Source: a virus. Taken from it: DNA of 64,000 nt. The stretch lies in the IMG/VR virus record IMGVR_UViG_3300017917_001573, positions 1 through 64,000 of that record. One strand, written 5' to 3'. A program made the translations under genes and the position numbers. Positions 35,565-46,961 of this stretch are shown here, piece by piece; position 1 is the stretch's first letter, and each line of letters starts with the position of its first letter. The notes below the pieces were generated by a model. The model saw only the letters and a list, made by a program, of their open reading frames with translations, searched no databases and was not told where the DNA came from.

Positions 35565-38500
35565 ATGTTGATACCTAATAAAAATAAATCTAAATCCAGT
35601 GTTCCTCAAGAACAACGTCCTATAAGTAATGATTCAGACAAAGACATTACTCAAATGATGGATTTATGGAATGTTATATCAGAAGGACCTACTACGGGTC
35701 CTTCTTTTGATAATCTATCAAACACACTATCTAATACTACAAATACAATTAAATCTAAAGTAAATAAATTTGTCCAAACACCACAAGCAAAAAAACTTTC
35801 TGATTTAGGACATCTTTCTTTAGATATTGGAGCAGGTGTATTACCTATGTTGAATTCTTATATGGATTCTCAAAATGCAGTACAACAAGCAAATGATACT
35901 ATTCAATCAAATGTATTTGGTCAAGTATCCCCTAAGAAACGTTTTAATATGGATTTTGTAGGAGAGAATGATCCACTGTTTGCATTACATGCTAAAGATG
36001 GTGCATCTATTGGAACAAGTATGGATGGTAGTGTGCCAGTAAATGCAGAAGGTGGAGAACTATATTTGAAACCTTCTACTGGAGAAGTATTACCAATTGA
36101 AGGTAAATCACATGCTGAAGGTGGTGTTAACTTTAAAGCTGAAGATGGATCTTTTGTATTGTCTGATACTTTAAAAATATCTAAAGAAGACCTTGAAAAG
36201 TATGTAGGAATTAAAGTTAAAACAAAAGAATTTACTATTGCGGAAGTAGTTAAACGATTTCCACATCATTTTGATGTATCCAAAGAACAAGAAATGCTAG
36301 ACAATCAAGCATTAGATCCAATACAAAAAAATACTATTGGTTTTAATATGAAACAAAAGTTAGAAAAGCTTTCTAAACTTTTAGCATACCAACAAGAAAA
36401 GAATGGTAACAATGGTGAAGAAATGATGATGTATGGTGGTGAAGCAACATATGCAAAAGAAGGTGCTAGTATACAGGATTATCTTGTTAAAAAAGGTATT
36501 GATGGGTCTTACGAAAATAGAAAAAAATTATTTTCTTCTATTATACCAAATTATTCTGGTACAGCAGAACAAAATACACTATTATTATCTAAATTTGAAT
36601 CTGGAGAAATAAAAGTGGATTCTTCTAATAATATTATCGCAAAAAAAAATAACAATAATCTTTTTGGTACAGGTGATTATATGAAAGATGTAATTAAAAA
36701 TAATTCAAAATATAATCCAAATCCTACAACAACAGAAACAACTCGCTATAATTCAATATCTAAGTTTAATAAAACAACTCAGGATATAATAATGGAAGTT
36801 GCAAAAAGAAATAATGGAAAAGTTCTTATTACAGATAAAGGATCAAAACAAACTATTGCAGGAACAATAAAAAATGGTAAAATTGATCTTATTGCGTTTC
36901 CTGTTTTAACAGGACAACAAGATAAACCTGGTCAATATCCTGATGGATACACATTTAATGAGGCTTCTAAAAATAAAAATGTTAGAATTACACCAACGGG
37001 GGCATTTTCTGTAAATAAACAAGATATATATGGTGAAACAGGTTTTAATTTAAATGGTCTTATGGATGCGTATCATATAACTTATCCTGATGAGAAAAAA
37101 ATAAGAGAACCCAAATATAGTGATAATAATCCAAACAATAATAATATGAGTTGGGGCTGTGTTAATTGTAGAAAAAAAGATATTGACTTTTTATCTGCAA
37201 ATTTTAATACAAATGATTCAGCATATATTATTGATACACGACTTCCATATGAGGAAAATATAAATATAATAAATACAAATTTTCACGTAAAGAAAAAAGA
37301 AATGGGTGGTCAAAATAATATCATTGCTAAAAAAGGCTCTAAAAATAAATACCAAGAAGCACAATCTAATTTTACTGTACAAGATAAAGCAGAATTTAAT
37401 AAACAATTAGAAGAAGCTGTTAAAAGAGGTGATAAAACATTTAATTTTAAAGGTTTGTCATATGCTGCAAAACAAGATCCCAATTACAAGTCTGGTATGA
37501 TGAAAAACAGTAACGGATTAACATTGGGTGATAATTATACAGATGATGATGCTAAAGCGTATTATGGAAATCCTAATGCTACTCAATTTCCAGCTTCAAA
37601 TTTAAGATCTAAAAACTCTTCTGTTCAGACTACTAAAAATGCAGGTTATGCAACAGTAGATATGTCAAATCCAGATTATCAAATGGATTTTAGAAATAGA
37701 CATTCTGATGTATGGCAACAATTTAATATGGGTGATTGGAAAGCATCTGATTATATGGATCGTACTAAAGTAAAAGCTGTACAAGAAGCACTCAATAAAA
37801 AAGGATACAATATTAAAACCGATGGTTATTTTGGACAAGAAACATTTCAAGTACCTGGCACAATGGGTAATCTTGAGCCTCTTAATGCACTTCTTGATAT
37901 TGCAGAAAGTCCTTTTGTACCTAAAGAAACGATTACATCTAGTACACCTGATTCTAATCGTGCTAAACCAAAACCTAAACAAGATTTGTATAAAGCTAGA
38001 CTTAAAGCATCTGATTATTTAAATCTTATTGATGACCCATCTAGCACAAATTACCATCCTGTATACAACAATGATGAAGTTAACCCAAATTTGATTTCTT
38101 TAAGATCAGCAAAAAATGATATTGCATCTCAATTCAATACACTTGTTAATTCTAATACAGGAAATCCTTCTGTAGATAATTTAAGAAAAAATGCTGGTTT
38201 TGCAGAAGTAATGAAAGCTAATTCACAAATTGCAGAACAAGAAAACAATACTAACGCTGGAATACTAAATCAATTTGCTCAATACAACAATGGTATAAAA
38301 CAACAAAACATGCAATTGCAACAAGCAGCAAATCATCAATTTGTTACAGAAAACAATCAGGATTTAGCTGCTAGACTTGATGCAAAACGTAAAAAGTTTT
38401 TAGACTTTGCTGAAAATGCTAGAAAAGTAGACCAATACAATGCACAATTAAATTTACTACAAAAAACATTTGGTGATCATTTTAAAATTGTAAATACTCC

Positions 38501-38687
38501 AGATGGACCTGGTATAGAACGTAACGGAAAAATTGTTAACTTTGATGGATTAAATAATATCACTCAACTAATGCAATGGCAACAAGCATTACAAACAAAT
38601 CCATATTCAAAAACAGAAGATGCAGACAATGGAAAAACAACTAAGAAAAAAATGGGTGGTAAGAATACTAAAAAACGATTACTGTAA
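35565..38687 (+). CDS. Ejection/cargo protein 1 with L,D-transpeptidase-like and peptidoglycan-binding domains
   Basis: EGGE..GKSHAEGG crAss cargo motif; TPTG..AYH..SWGCVN YkuD motifs; VQEALNKKGY..DGYFG PG-binding motif. Confidence 0.75.
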   Translation: MLIPNKNKSKSSVPQEQRPISNDSDKDITQMMDLWNVISEGPTTGPSFDNLSNTLSNTTNTIKSKVNKFVQTPQAKKLSDLGHLSLDIGAGVLPMLNSYMDSQNAVQQANDTIQSNVFGQVSPKKRFNMDFVGENDPLFALHAKDGASIGTSMDGSVPVNAEGGELYLKPSTGEVLPIEGKSHAEGGVNFKAEDGSFVLSDTLKISKEDLEKYVGIKVKTKEFTIAEVVKRFPHHFDVSKEQEMLDNQALDPIQKNTIGFNMKQKLEKLSKLLAYQQEKNGNNGEEMMMYGGEATYAKEGASIQDYLVKKGIDGSYENRKKLFSSIIPNYSGTAEQNTLLLSKFESGEIKVDSSNNIIAKKNNNNLFGTGDYMKDVIKNNSKYNPNPTTTETTRYNSISKFNKTTQDIIMEVAKRNNGKVLITDKGSKQTIAGTIKNGKIDLIAFPVLTGQQDKPGQYPDGYTFNEASKNKNVRITPTGAFSVNKQDIYGETGFNLNGLMDAYHITYPDEKKIREPKYSDNNPNNNNMSWGCVNCRKKDIDFLSANFNTNDSAYIIDTRLPYEENINIINTNFHVKKKEMGGQNNIIAKKGSKNKYQEAQSNFTVQDKAEFNKQLEEAVKRGDKTFNFKGLSYAAKQDPNYKSGMMKNSNGLTLGDNYTDDDAKAYYGNPNATQFPASNLRSKNSSVQTTKNAGYATVDMSNPDYQMDFRNRHSDVWQQFNMGDWKASDYMDRTKVKAVQEALNKKGYNIKTDGYFGQETFQVPGTMGNLEPLNALLDIAESPFVPKETITSSTPDSNRAKPKPKQDLYKARLKASDYLNLIDDPSSTNYHPVYNNDEVNPNLISLRSAKNDIASQFNTLVNSNTGNPSVDNLRKNAGFAEVMKANSQIAEQENNTNAGILNQFAQYNNGIKQQNMQLQQAANHQFVTENNQDLAARLDAKRKKFLDFAENARKVDQYNAQLNLLQKTFGDHFKIVNTPDGPGIERNGKIVNFDGLNNITQLMQWQQALQTNPYSKTEDADNGKTTKKKMGGKNTKKRLL

Positions 38688-41290
38688 TGAATAGATTTTC
38701 TAAAATAGTAGATTCTCCAAAATGGGAAGCAGATGTTCCTATTGAAATGTTACAAAAGGCTCTTTTGTATAAAGAAGATTTGTTCAATAAAAATCAAAGT
38801 ATTGTTGCACAAACATTACAAGCATCTAAAAAAATTGGTGACAGTATTATCAATGATGAAGCTCGTGCTAAGTTTAATGAACAGTACTCTAAGATTAAAG
38901 ACAATATCAATTCTAAATATTCATCTGATGTAGATTTATCTGATATGAATGTACTAAGTACAATCACATCAGAATTTTCTCCATTGGTAGACAACCATGA
39001 ATTAACCAGCACTATTTCAAAAGAACTTACTATTAGAGATAGTATGAACCTAATGAACAAGTTTAAATTAGATAACGATGAACGATATAGTGCTGAACAT
39101 GAAAGAACATTTCAATTAGAACTTCAGCAATATAAACAAAGTCCTATGGGTGCTAATTTGAATCCTTCATACAGAACAGCCTATGATGCAGATGGTGAAA
39201 TACAAAAATTAATTGCGGCATACAAACCAGACCATGTAAAAACAACTAGAGTTAAACCAGGTGGTTATTTGTATGAAGAAGAAGATGCTTCTGTAAATCA
39301 AGAAAAATTATATAATTATATACAAGCAAATCTTTCTAATCAAGGAAAAGAAGAATTGTTATATAGAGGTTATGGTCAATATTTGGCTAACTATGCTATG
39401 AATCCAGATCCTTTAACTAAAAATTTATATAAAGCAGGTTTAGTAGAATCATATCAATTCCAAGTACAGTCTAAATTAAAAGCACTTGATGTAGACATGA
39501 CTTCTACAAAAGCATCATTGTTGATTCATAAAGATAACCCTGAGTTAATTTCAACACTTACACAAAAACTAAGTGAACAAGAAAATGATAAAAAAGAACT
39601 TACTAATAAATTAAACTTTACATCTAATCCTAATAACGTATCAGATAAAATGCTTTTGGGTTTAGCATCTGACACACATTTTTTGAATACCATTGGTGTA
39701 AAAGCTGCTACAAATGCACACATTGATAATTCCAAAGATATTAAAGTAGATGAAACATATTTTAAACAACGTACATTAAATTTAGAACAAGCTAAAGTAA
39801 ATGAGTCTATTAGGCAACATAATTACGAACACCAAGATCGTATGTTAGAACTACAAGCTAAATATGGTAATACAACAAGTCCATTTGGTGGTTCACAAGA
39901 TGGTGTTGTTATTGGAGATGGTCCAGTTAATCCTGATGAAGCTAGAACAGTGTATGGTCAAGTTGTTTCTAATATAGAGAATACATTTCAACAAGGTTTG
40001 CAACAAATTCAAACAGAATTCTTTGATGATTATCTAAATTCTATTATTACAAATGGTACAGATGCTCAACGTAAAGCTGTTATTAGTATGCTTCCTAAAG
40101 ATAGACAAAAAGCATTTGCTAGTAGATCAGCTAGATTAACAGCAGATGATGTATTTGCTTTAGAAAACAATGCTACGTTAGTATCAGAATTTAATAATAC
40201 CGTTACTAATTATATGAAGATGCCTCCAGAAAAACGTCCTAACTATGGTTGGATTAAAGATTGGAATAATAATCCTCAACGTATTGCATGGCAAACAGCA
40301 TATGACAAACACGCTAGACTACAAGAAAAACTGACAAAAGATTTTAACGATGATGTAACTATTGTAGATCCTAAAACAAACAAAAAACGTAAACTTACTA
40401 GTACGGAACAATTTAAATTAGCTAATTTAATGAAAGAAATTGAATCTGCTAATTATGGTGGTTTAACGGATTATGCAACATTGAGTAATTTAAAAGGTGA
40501 GCAAGAGCAACAAGATAAACTTTTGAAAAAAGGTATTTTTGCAAATAAAGCTGAATTAGAATATTATCTCGATATTGTACATAATACAATGGTTGGAGAA
40601 ACAACGGGGATTGGTTCTCAAATTGTAAATGCATTAGGTGGACCATTAAAAATGAGTCCGTTGTCTCCAGGAGGATCGGGAGGAGCCGAAGGATGGTTAA
40701 ATAGTGCATCCAAAAAATTAAAAAGTGCAGATTTAAATAACATTGGTCAACTACCTAGTATAACACTTAGATACAACAAAAAAAATGCTGGTGATGTACA
40801 ACGTAACACAAATCTTATTGCACACATAAACAAAGATCTTCAATCAAAAGGATTAACTTTGTTACCAGATGAAGCTGTAATTACAGCTTTTACTTACAAT
40901 AGTGTGACATATAGTCTTGGTTCAACAAGTACTACGGAAGATGGTGAAAAAACATATTCTCCTGCAATGAAAACTGTTCCTATTGATGGGTTTAAAATAC
41001 CTGGTGTTAGAGAAATACTTGCACAAGGTATGACAGAAATTGAAGCAAAAATTCCTAACTCTACTTCTGGTAGAATGATTTATGGTACAGGTAATCATAA
41101 TGTTTCTGCTACTACAACAAAAGAAGGACGAGTAAAAGTGAATATTGATGGAAAAGAATTTGCAGATTATCAATTGGCTGCTATTATGAAACTACAACCT
41201 AAATCTTGGGCGGATGTGGTAAACTTTTTCAATGCTATGCCTCCTGTAGAACAAGAACGATTTATTAATCAATTAAACACTCAACAATAA
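38687..41290 (+). CDS. Ejection/cargo protein 2
   Basis: 867-aa helical ORF in cargo cluster. Confidence 0.65.
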   Translation: MNRFSKIVDSPKWEADVPIEMLQKALLYKEDLFNKNQSIVAQTLQASKKIGDSIINDEARAKFNEQYSKIKDNINSKYSSDVDLSDMNVLSTITSEFSPLVDNHELTSTISKELTIRDSMNLMNKFKLDNDERYSAEHERTFQLELQQYKQSPMGANLNPSYRTAYDADGEIQKLIAAYKPDHVKTTRVKPGGYLYEEEDASVNQEKLYNYIQANLSNQGKEELLYRGYGQYLANYAMNPDPLTKNLYKAGLVESYQFQVQSKLKALDVDMTSTKASLLIHKDNPELISTLTQKLSEQENDKKELTNKLNFTSNPNNVSDKMLLGLASDTHFLNTIGVKAATNAHIDNSKDIKVDETYFKQRTLNLEQAKVNESIRQHNYEHQDRMLELQAKYGNTTSPFGGSQDGVVIGDGPVNPDEARTVYGQVVSNIENTFQQGLQQIQTEFFDDYLNSIITNGTDAQRKAVISMLPKDRQKAFASRSARLTADDVFALENNATLVSEFNNTVTNYMKMPPEKRPNYGWIKDWNNNPQRIAWQTAYDKHARLQEKLTKDFNDDVTIVDPKTNKKRKLTSTEQFKLANLMKEIESANYGGLTDYATLSNLKGEQEQQDKLLKKGIFANKAELEYYLDIVHNTMVGETTGIGSQIVNALGGPLKMSPLSPGGSGGAEGWLNSASKKLKSADLNNIGQLPSITLRYNKKNAGDVQRNTNLIAHINKDLQSKGLTLLPDEAVITAFTYNSVTYSLGSTSTTEDGEKTYSPAMKTVPIDGFKIPGVREILAQGMTEIEAKIPNSTSGRMIYGTGNHNVSATTTKEGRVKVNIDGKEFADYQLAAIMKLQPKSWADVVNFFNAMPPVEQERFINQLNTQQ

Positions 41291-41293
41291 AAT

Positions 41294-44200
41294 ATGCCTA
41301 CTACAACAGATATATCAAATATTATTACAGGTCAAAAACCTGTTTCTGTACAACTTGCAGAAATGCATTCTGATTTGTTAAACAATATCAGAGAAAATGT
41401 TATACCTATAACACCACAAGCATCAAGTAATTATGGATTAACACCAACTGCTGCACCACAACAAAAATCATTTGCAGAAGTTGCAGCAGAAGTATTCAGT
41501 AATCCTATTAGAAACAGTACATTCGTTGCACCATATGAATATGCTAAAAAATATGATGATAAACAATTGGGATTTAATGCTGCACGTTCTTTTGAAGACC
41601 AAGAAGATATGTATGCTGATAAATTGTATTCTAGTTTTGGTGGTGCATTGTTAGGTATTGGTAAAGGTGTTGCAAGTAGAGGTTTATCTATTATTCCTAA
41701 ATTTTTAAGTTCCGCAGGTGTAATAGGTGGTTTTACAGCAGACATTTTTAGTGGGAATTTATACAACGGAAAATTAAATTACACCACTGATAACTTCTTT
41801 TTACATCTAATGGATGGTATAGATGAAGGATTAAGAGAAGTAATGCCTATATATGCAGACAAAGACTATTTTGAAGGTGGTTTACTTTCTAAAATGGGTA
41901 CTATGAAATTTTGGGCAGATGACTTCTTTGATGGTGTAGCATTTGCTGTTTCTTCTTATGGTAACGTTGGTTTGCTAAATGCGGCAGGTAAACTTGGTAG
42001 ATTAGGTAAACTTGGAAAAGCGGCAATGGCAGTAGAGGAAGGTGTTGATGCTTTATCAGATGCTGAACGTTTTGTACAAGGTAGTGAAACTATTAGAGAA
42101 GCTGCTACCTTGTCTGCTAAAGAAATGATGCAAGGTTTTACAAAAAACTACAAAGGTTTAGACATTAATTTTCTAGCATCAGATGCTGCAAAAGCTACTT
42201 TAAAAAACTGGGCTAAATCTGGTGGTTATGCTACATTTAATACTGTAACTGAAGCTGGAGCTGAAGCTAGAGACTTTAAAAAGCAATACAAACAACAATT
42301 AATTAACGAAGGTTTTTCTGAATCAGAAGCAAATGATATTGCATCAGAAAAAGCACTTAATGTATTCAACGGTAATATCATTGCTTTACTAGGCTCTAAC
42401 ATTATTGAGGTTAGAACAATGTTTCCATCTTTGTTTGGTACTACTGAAAATGCATTAGCAACAGCTAAACGAGCAATTGTTAATGGTGAAAAAGTAGCTA
42501 CACAAAGTTTGGCTAAAACAATGCTAAAAGGTATTGGGTTGAATATTGCAGCAGAAGGCATGTATGAAGAAAACATTCAAACGTCTATACAACAATTTGA
42601 GAAATCTTCTTCCCCTGACAATACTTCATTTATGGATATGGCTACCAATTCTATAGCCACTATGCTAAATAACATTGGTTATTTTGGATCAGCTCTAACA
42701 GGTTCATACAAAGACATGTCTGCTGATCAAAAAGAAGCAGTTGACTCAATTGTATTAGGTGCATTGATTGGTGGTTCTATGGGATCAAAAGGTTCTTATA
42801 GTGAACATAAATTATTAGAAAATCAAATCAAAACATTTGGTTCTCAATATGAAGGTTTAAAAAATAAACAAGCTGAAATCTTTTCTGTACTAGGAGAAGA
42901 CTTGAAGAATATATACAAAAAACAAGTTGTTCAAAATCCAGATGGAACTACTACCGAAACATATCATGATGAGAATGGTAAATTAGTATTTGATGAAGAC
43001 AAAATTGCAAAACTAGCATTCCTTAATATTGAAAATCAGAAGTTGGTAAATGAATACTTGTATCGCATTACAAACAATGATAAAAAAGGTGCTGATATAT
43101 TGTTAGATCAACTACATGCTAGATATGCATTTCAAACATTAACAAATCCTATTTGGGATGGGGATGCAGATTTAGCATTGAAACATATGGAGAATTCATT
43201 GGATTCATTTGAAGACAAATCAAATCCATTGCTTGCTACATGGCAATCTAATAAAGAACGTATTAAAGAGTATACAGAAATCTTTAAATCCATACAACAA
43301 GAACAACTCAATAAAAAGATTGATAATGTTGCAGACTTTCAATTTGCTAAGTTTGCTTTAGCATCTATGTTTTATGAAAAAACTAAACAATCTACATTAT
43401 CAAGACAAGCAAATGAGTATAGAGAAGAACGTGCTGCATTAGATAACAAGTTTAAAGAACCTAAAGAGATTATTGATGAAAATGGTAAGATTGTAGATAA
43501 TCCTAACTATATAACTCCTACACAAGAGGAATCTTCAAAAATGTCTTATTTAAAAAATCAATTGTCTACAATTCAATCTCTTGTAGATAGTTCAGAAAAG
43601 ACTATAAACATGTTCAGAAGTGATTCTGAAAGAAAAGTTTTTTACAAAAGAATTTTCGAGAGACAATCTGAAATCAATGACTTATTTGACCAAAGCGATA
43701 AAGTAGATGAAGAGTTAAAAGAACTTGAAAAAGAGGTTAAAACAAAACAACAAGAACTCTCTGATTTAGAAAACAAAGAAGAACTTACTCCAGAAGAAGA
43801 AACTAAATTAAAAGAACTACAAGACGAAGTACAAAAACTATCTGATGATTATCAAAACAAATATGAATCACATGCTGCATTTGTTGCAGATTTTGAATCA
43901 AAACATAGATTTGAAGGTGATATGTGGTTGGTTAAAAACTTTGATATAAAGAAAGGTGATTATCGTTCTTTTTCTGAACAACTAAAAGATATTGATAATA
44001 CACCATTACAATACAAACCTTATCTTGAAGCATATCAAGATATGAAGTTGTCTGTAGAATTTCACAAGATTGTAAATGACTATTTGGAAAAAGCTAATAT
44101 TTCTGTATCTGAATTAATTTCTACTGTTAATAATTTTATTCAAAATAAAAAAGACATTAGTGAAGAAGATTTAGCTTTACTTGATTCTTTGTATCAGATG

Positions 44201-46960
44201 ATCAAACGTAAAAACGCTGATGACAAACAAAACAACGTATTAGTAGATTTAAAAAATGTAGTTCTTACTCCATACTATCATCCTAAAATATCTAATGTAG
44301 TAGGTTTGTCAGCAGAACTATTGTACAGTGATTTAGATGAAAATGAGGAAACTATTGAAGAAGTTACAAAAGAACCTGTAAGTGTATTTAAAGAATCATA
44401 TGAAAATTATTTACAAACTGTAGAAAGTTCAAAAAATAAAATTGCCGATATTCAATCTTTAATTGAATTTGAAAAACTATTAAAGAAAATGAAATTAGAT
44501 GGTGGTCCTGTTTCTTTAAATAAAGGTTTTGTTACAAGTAAACGTAATTGGGCATTAAACAAGCAATCCATAGGATACTACAAAACATCGACTAATCCAT
44601 CTGATTTTGAATCACCATCTATCTTGTTGATTGATACACTTGGTCCGTTAGCTAGATTCTTTTTTGAAAGAGGTTATATACTAAATCAATTAGCATTAGC
44701 TCAATCTAAGTTTGAAGCATATGATGCATTGTCTGATAAATCTATGTATACAGAAAGTCCTACTGCTCTACAAAATTTGTATACTACATTAAAAGCTTGG
44801 CAAAAACTAATTAAAGAAAAAGATAGAAAAAATACTGGTTTTTTTGATGGTTTATCTGATAACATTGATCAAGCATTAAACAATGTAGATACTATGTTGG
44901 ATGCTGCAATGAAATCTGGAGACAATAGAATTGCAATGCAGAATAAAATGTTTATGTTGAATTTACAACAACATTTTATATCTATGGGTTTTGATTTAAC
45001 ATCTGGTACACTTAAAGCGCATGCTACTAGTCCGTTAAATCAGTTTTTAAATCATCCTAGAATTAAACCACTTTGGGAAGATAAAGATGTTGCATCTTTG
45101 ACAGAATATGATTTTGAAACTATTGCTGTTGGATTAAGAACTGTAATGACACCTACTGAAATAAATACTATAACTCAGCAATTAATTACATCTAATAAAC
45201 AAACATACAGTGTATTTAAAAGTGTAATTGGAGAAAGATCAACTGTATATCCATCTGATTATATTGGTTATTTTATGTTGGAACTATTTAAAGTAGAATC
45301 AGATAGTATTGATAAATTTAAACAACATCAAAATCTACTAATTCTATTAGAAGATTTAAAATCAGATAGTACATCCAAATTTACCATAAGAGGTAAAGAT
45401 TATACTAAAGATGAAATCATTAATCTTGTAGAAAATTTACTAACACACAATTTAAATGAAACCGCTATCTTAAACTTGAATACTGATTTTGTATACAAGA
45501 ATTATTTGACAAAGCTTGATAAATATGAAAAAACTCAATCTATTGGTCTATCATCAGAACAAAGAATGAGTCACATGATTTTTTCTAAGTATTTGTCAAT
45601 GAAAATCAATTACAAACCATTGATGTTAAATGCTGTTGCTGGTTCTGGTAAAACATCTACCTTTAAATGGTTGTTTGCTACAAATGAAATTACAGCAGAA
45701 AATACTCAATTCTTTGCTACAACAGATACTTCTGTATCTAGTCTACAAAATTCATTGTCTGCAAATAATGTAACTGTAAAAAATATATCGACAATAGATC
45801 CAAAGGCTGATTATTCTAATACTAAACATCTAGTAGTAGATGAAATTGGTTTAATTAGTGACAGTAATACAACTACTCTTAGAAAAATTGCAGAAAAAAA
45901 TCCTCACTTAAAAATTATATTTTTAGGTGACAACAACCAACTTCCAAAAAATGCAATTCAAGTATCTCATTTGTTTTCATTCCAATTACTTTACAATACA
46001 CCTTTGACACTATCTTTTAGAGCAAAGGTTACATCTATATCTGATGCATTCTCTAAATTTAAAAACAAATCTACTGTACCAGATACAGTAACATTGTCTG
46101 CATCTGGACCTATTGGAAAATCTGTATATGGTGTACATTCTGTAAATGGAAATGATTCTGTGCAATCTGCAAAATTTGATGAACAAATTCAAATTGAAGT
46201 AGACAACAATGCTGATATATTGATTATTACCTCTACCGATAAAATTGATTCATACAAAAAGAAATTTCCTTCTGCTACTGTTGTTACACCAATTGATGCA
46301 CAATCTCTTTCTAAAGACAAAGTATTTATTGATGTATCCTATGCAGACTATACATCTGCAAGAACTGGTGTACCATATTATGCACAAAGTACCCAAGAAG
46401 TTAAGAATACATTGTTCAATACATTGATGTACGTGGCAATTAGTCGTGGTTCTGAGTATGTGATGATCAAAGATTATGACAATAGATTTTCTAATACAGA
46501 AGATACGAATTTACAACAATCTGTAGCAGACTCTATTCAAAAATCAGAAATTGAAATACAAAAAAACAAAGTTCTATTTCAAGATTGGATTAAAGATGAA
46601 TTAGCTAAATTTGGTGCAAAACCAACTGTGTCTAATACTACACAAACCCAACCTCAACCACAGACACAACCTCAAACAGAACCTACTACTGAAACTGAAT
46701 CAGAAACTGAATCTCAAACTGAAAATGAAACTCAAAATAATTCAAATTTATTTGAAGATACATTATCTGATACAGAAAAAGATTTAGTATCAAGATACCC
46801 AGAAGTATATGCTATATTAAAATGGGTATATGATACAAAAGGTAGTGAACAAATGCCTGACACTATGTACAAAGAAATGCTATCTTTGGTGTATCAAAGA
46901 CTAACTGATGAAGAATCTACTTTGATTCAATCATACATTAAAAAGCAATCTGAATGTTAA
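41294..46960 (+). CDS. Giant cargo protein: N-terminal membrane-spanning region, coiled coils, C-terminal SF1 helicase-like domain
   Basis: G/A-rich hydrophobic segments; AVAGSGKT, VVDEIG, LGDNNQL, SFR, AQSLS, YVAISRG. Confidence 0.78.
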   Translation: MPTTTDISNIITGQKPVSVQLAEMHSDLLNNIRENVIPITPQASSNYGLTPTAAPQQKSFAEVAAEVFSNPIRNSTFVAPYEYAKKYDDKQLGFNAARSFEDQEDMYADKLYSSFGGALLGIGKGVASRGLSIIPKFLSSAGVIGGFTADIFSGNLYNGKLNYTTDNFFLHLMDGIDEGLREVMPIYADKDYFEGGLLSKMGTMKFWADDFFDGVAFAVSSYGNVGLLNAAGKLGRLGKLGKAAMAVEEGVDALSDAERFVQGSETIREAATLSAKEMMQGFTKNYKGLDINFLASDAAKATLKNWAKSGGYATFNTVTEAGAEARDFKKQYKQQLINEGFSESEANDIASEKALNVFNGNIIALLGSNIIEVRTMFPSLFGTTENALATAKRAIVNGEKVATQSLAKTMLKGIGLNIAAEGMYEENIQTSIQQFEKSSSPDNTSFMDMATNSIATMLNNIGYFGSALTGSYKDMSADQKEAVDSIVLGALIGGSMGSKGSYSEHKLLENQIKTFGSQYEGLKNKQAEIFSVLGEDLKNIYKKQVVQNPDGTTTETYHDENGKLVFDEDKIAKLAFLNIENQKLVNEYLYRITNNDKKGADILLDQLHARYAFQTLTNPIWDGDADLALKHMENSLDSFEDKSNPLLATWQSNKERIKEYTEIFKSIQQEQLNKKIDNVADFQFAKFALASMFYEKTKQSTLSRQANEYREERAALDNKFKEPKEIIDENGKIVDNPNYITPTQEESSKMSYLKNQLSTIQSLVDSSEKTINMFRSDSERKVFYKRIFERQSEINDLFDQSDKVDEELKELEKEVKTKQQELSDLENKEELTPEEETKLKELQDEVQKLSDDYQNKYESHAAFVADFESKHRFEGDMWLVKNFDIKKGDYRSFSEQLKDIDNTPLQYKPYLEAYQDMKLSVEFHKIVNDYLEKANISVSELISTVNNFIQNKKDISEEDLALLDSLYQMIKRKNADDKQNNVLVDLKNVVLTPYYHPKISNVVGLSAELLYSDLDENEETIEEVTKEPVSVFKESYENYLQTVESSKNKIADIQSLIEFEKLLKKMKLDGGPVSLNKGFVTSKRNWALNKQSIGYYKTSTNPSDFESPSILLIDTLGPLARFFFERGYILNQLALAQSKFEAYDALSDKSMYTESPTALQNLYTTLKAWQKLIKEKDRKNTGFFDGLSDNIDQALNNVDTMLDAAMKSGDNRIAMQNKMFMLNLQQHFISMGFDLTSGTLKAHATSPLNQFLNHPRIKPLWEDKDVASLTEYDFETIAVGLRTVMTPTEINTITQQLITSNKQTYSVFKSVIGERSTVYPSDYIGYFMLELFKVESDSIDKFKQHQNLLILLEDLKSDSTSKFTIRGKDYTKDEIINLVENLLTHNLNETAILNLNTDFVYKNYLTKLDKYEKTQSIGLSSEQRMSHMIFSKYLSMKINYKPLMLNAVAGSGKTSTFKWLFATNEITAENTQFFATTDTSVSSLQNSLSANNVTVKNISTIDPKADYSNTKHLVVDEIGLISDSNTTTLRKIAEKNPHLKIIFLGDNNQLPKNAIQVSHLFSFQLLYNTPLTLSFRAKVTSISDAFSKFKNKSTVPDTVTLSASGPIGKSVYGVHSVNGNDSVQSAKFDEQIQIEVDNNADILIITSTDKIDSYKKKFPSATVVTPIDAQSLSKDKVFIDVSYADYTSARTGVPYYAQSTQEVKNTLFNTLMYVAISRGSEYVMIKDYDNRFSNTEDTNLQQSVADSIQKSEIEIQKNKVLFQDWIKDELAKFGAKPTVSNTTQTQPQPQTQPQTEPTTETESETESQTENETQNNSNLFEDTLSDTEKDLVSRYPEVYAILKWVYDTKGSEQMPDTMYKEMLSLVYQRLTDEESTLIQSYIKKQSEC
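46630..46745 (+). repeat. Low-complexity QP/ET linker with GAAACTGAA-type repeats
   Basis: TQTQPQPQTQPQTEPTTETESETESQTENET. Confidence 0.7.
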
Positions 46961-46961
46961 T

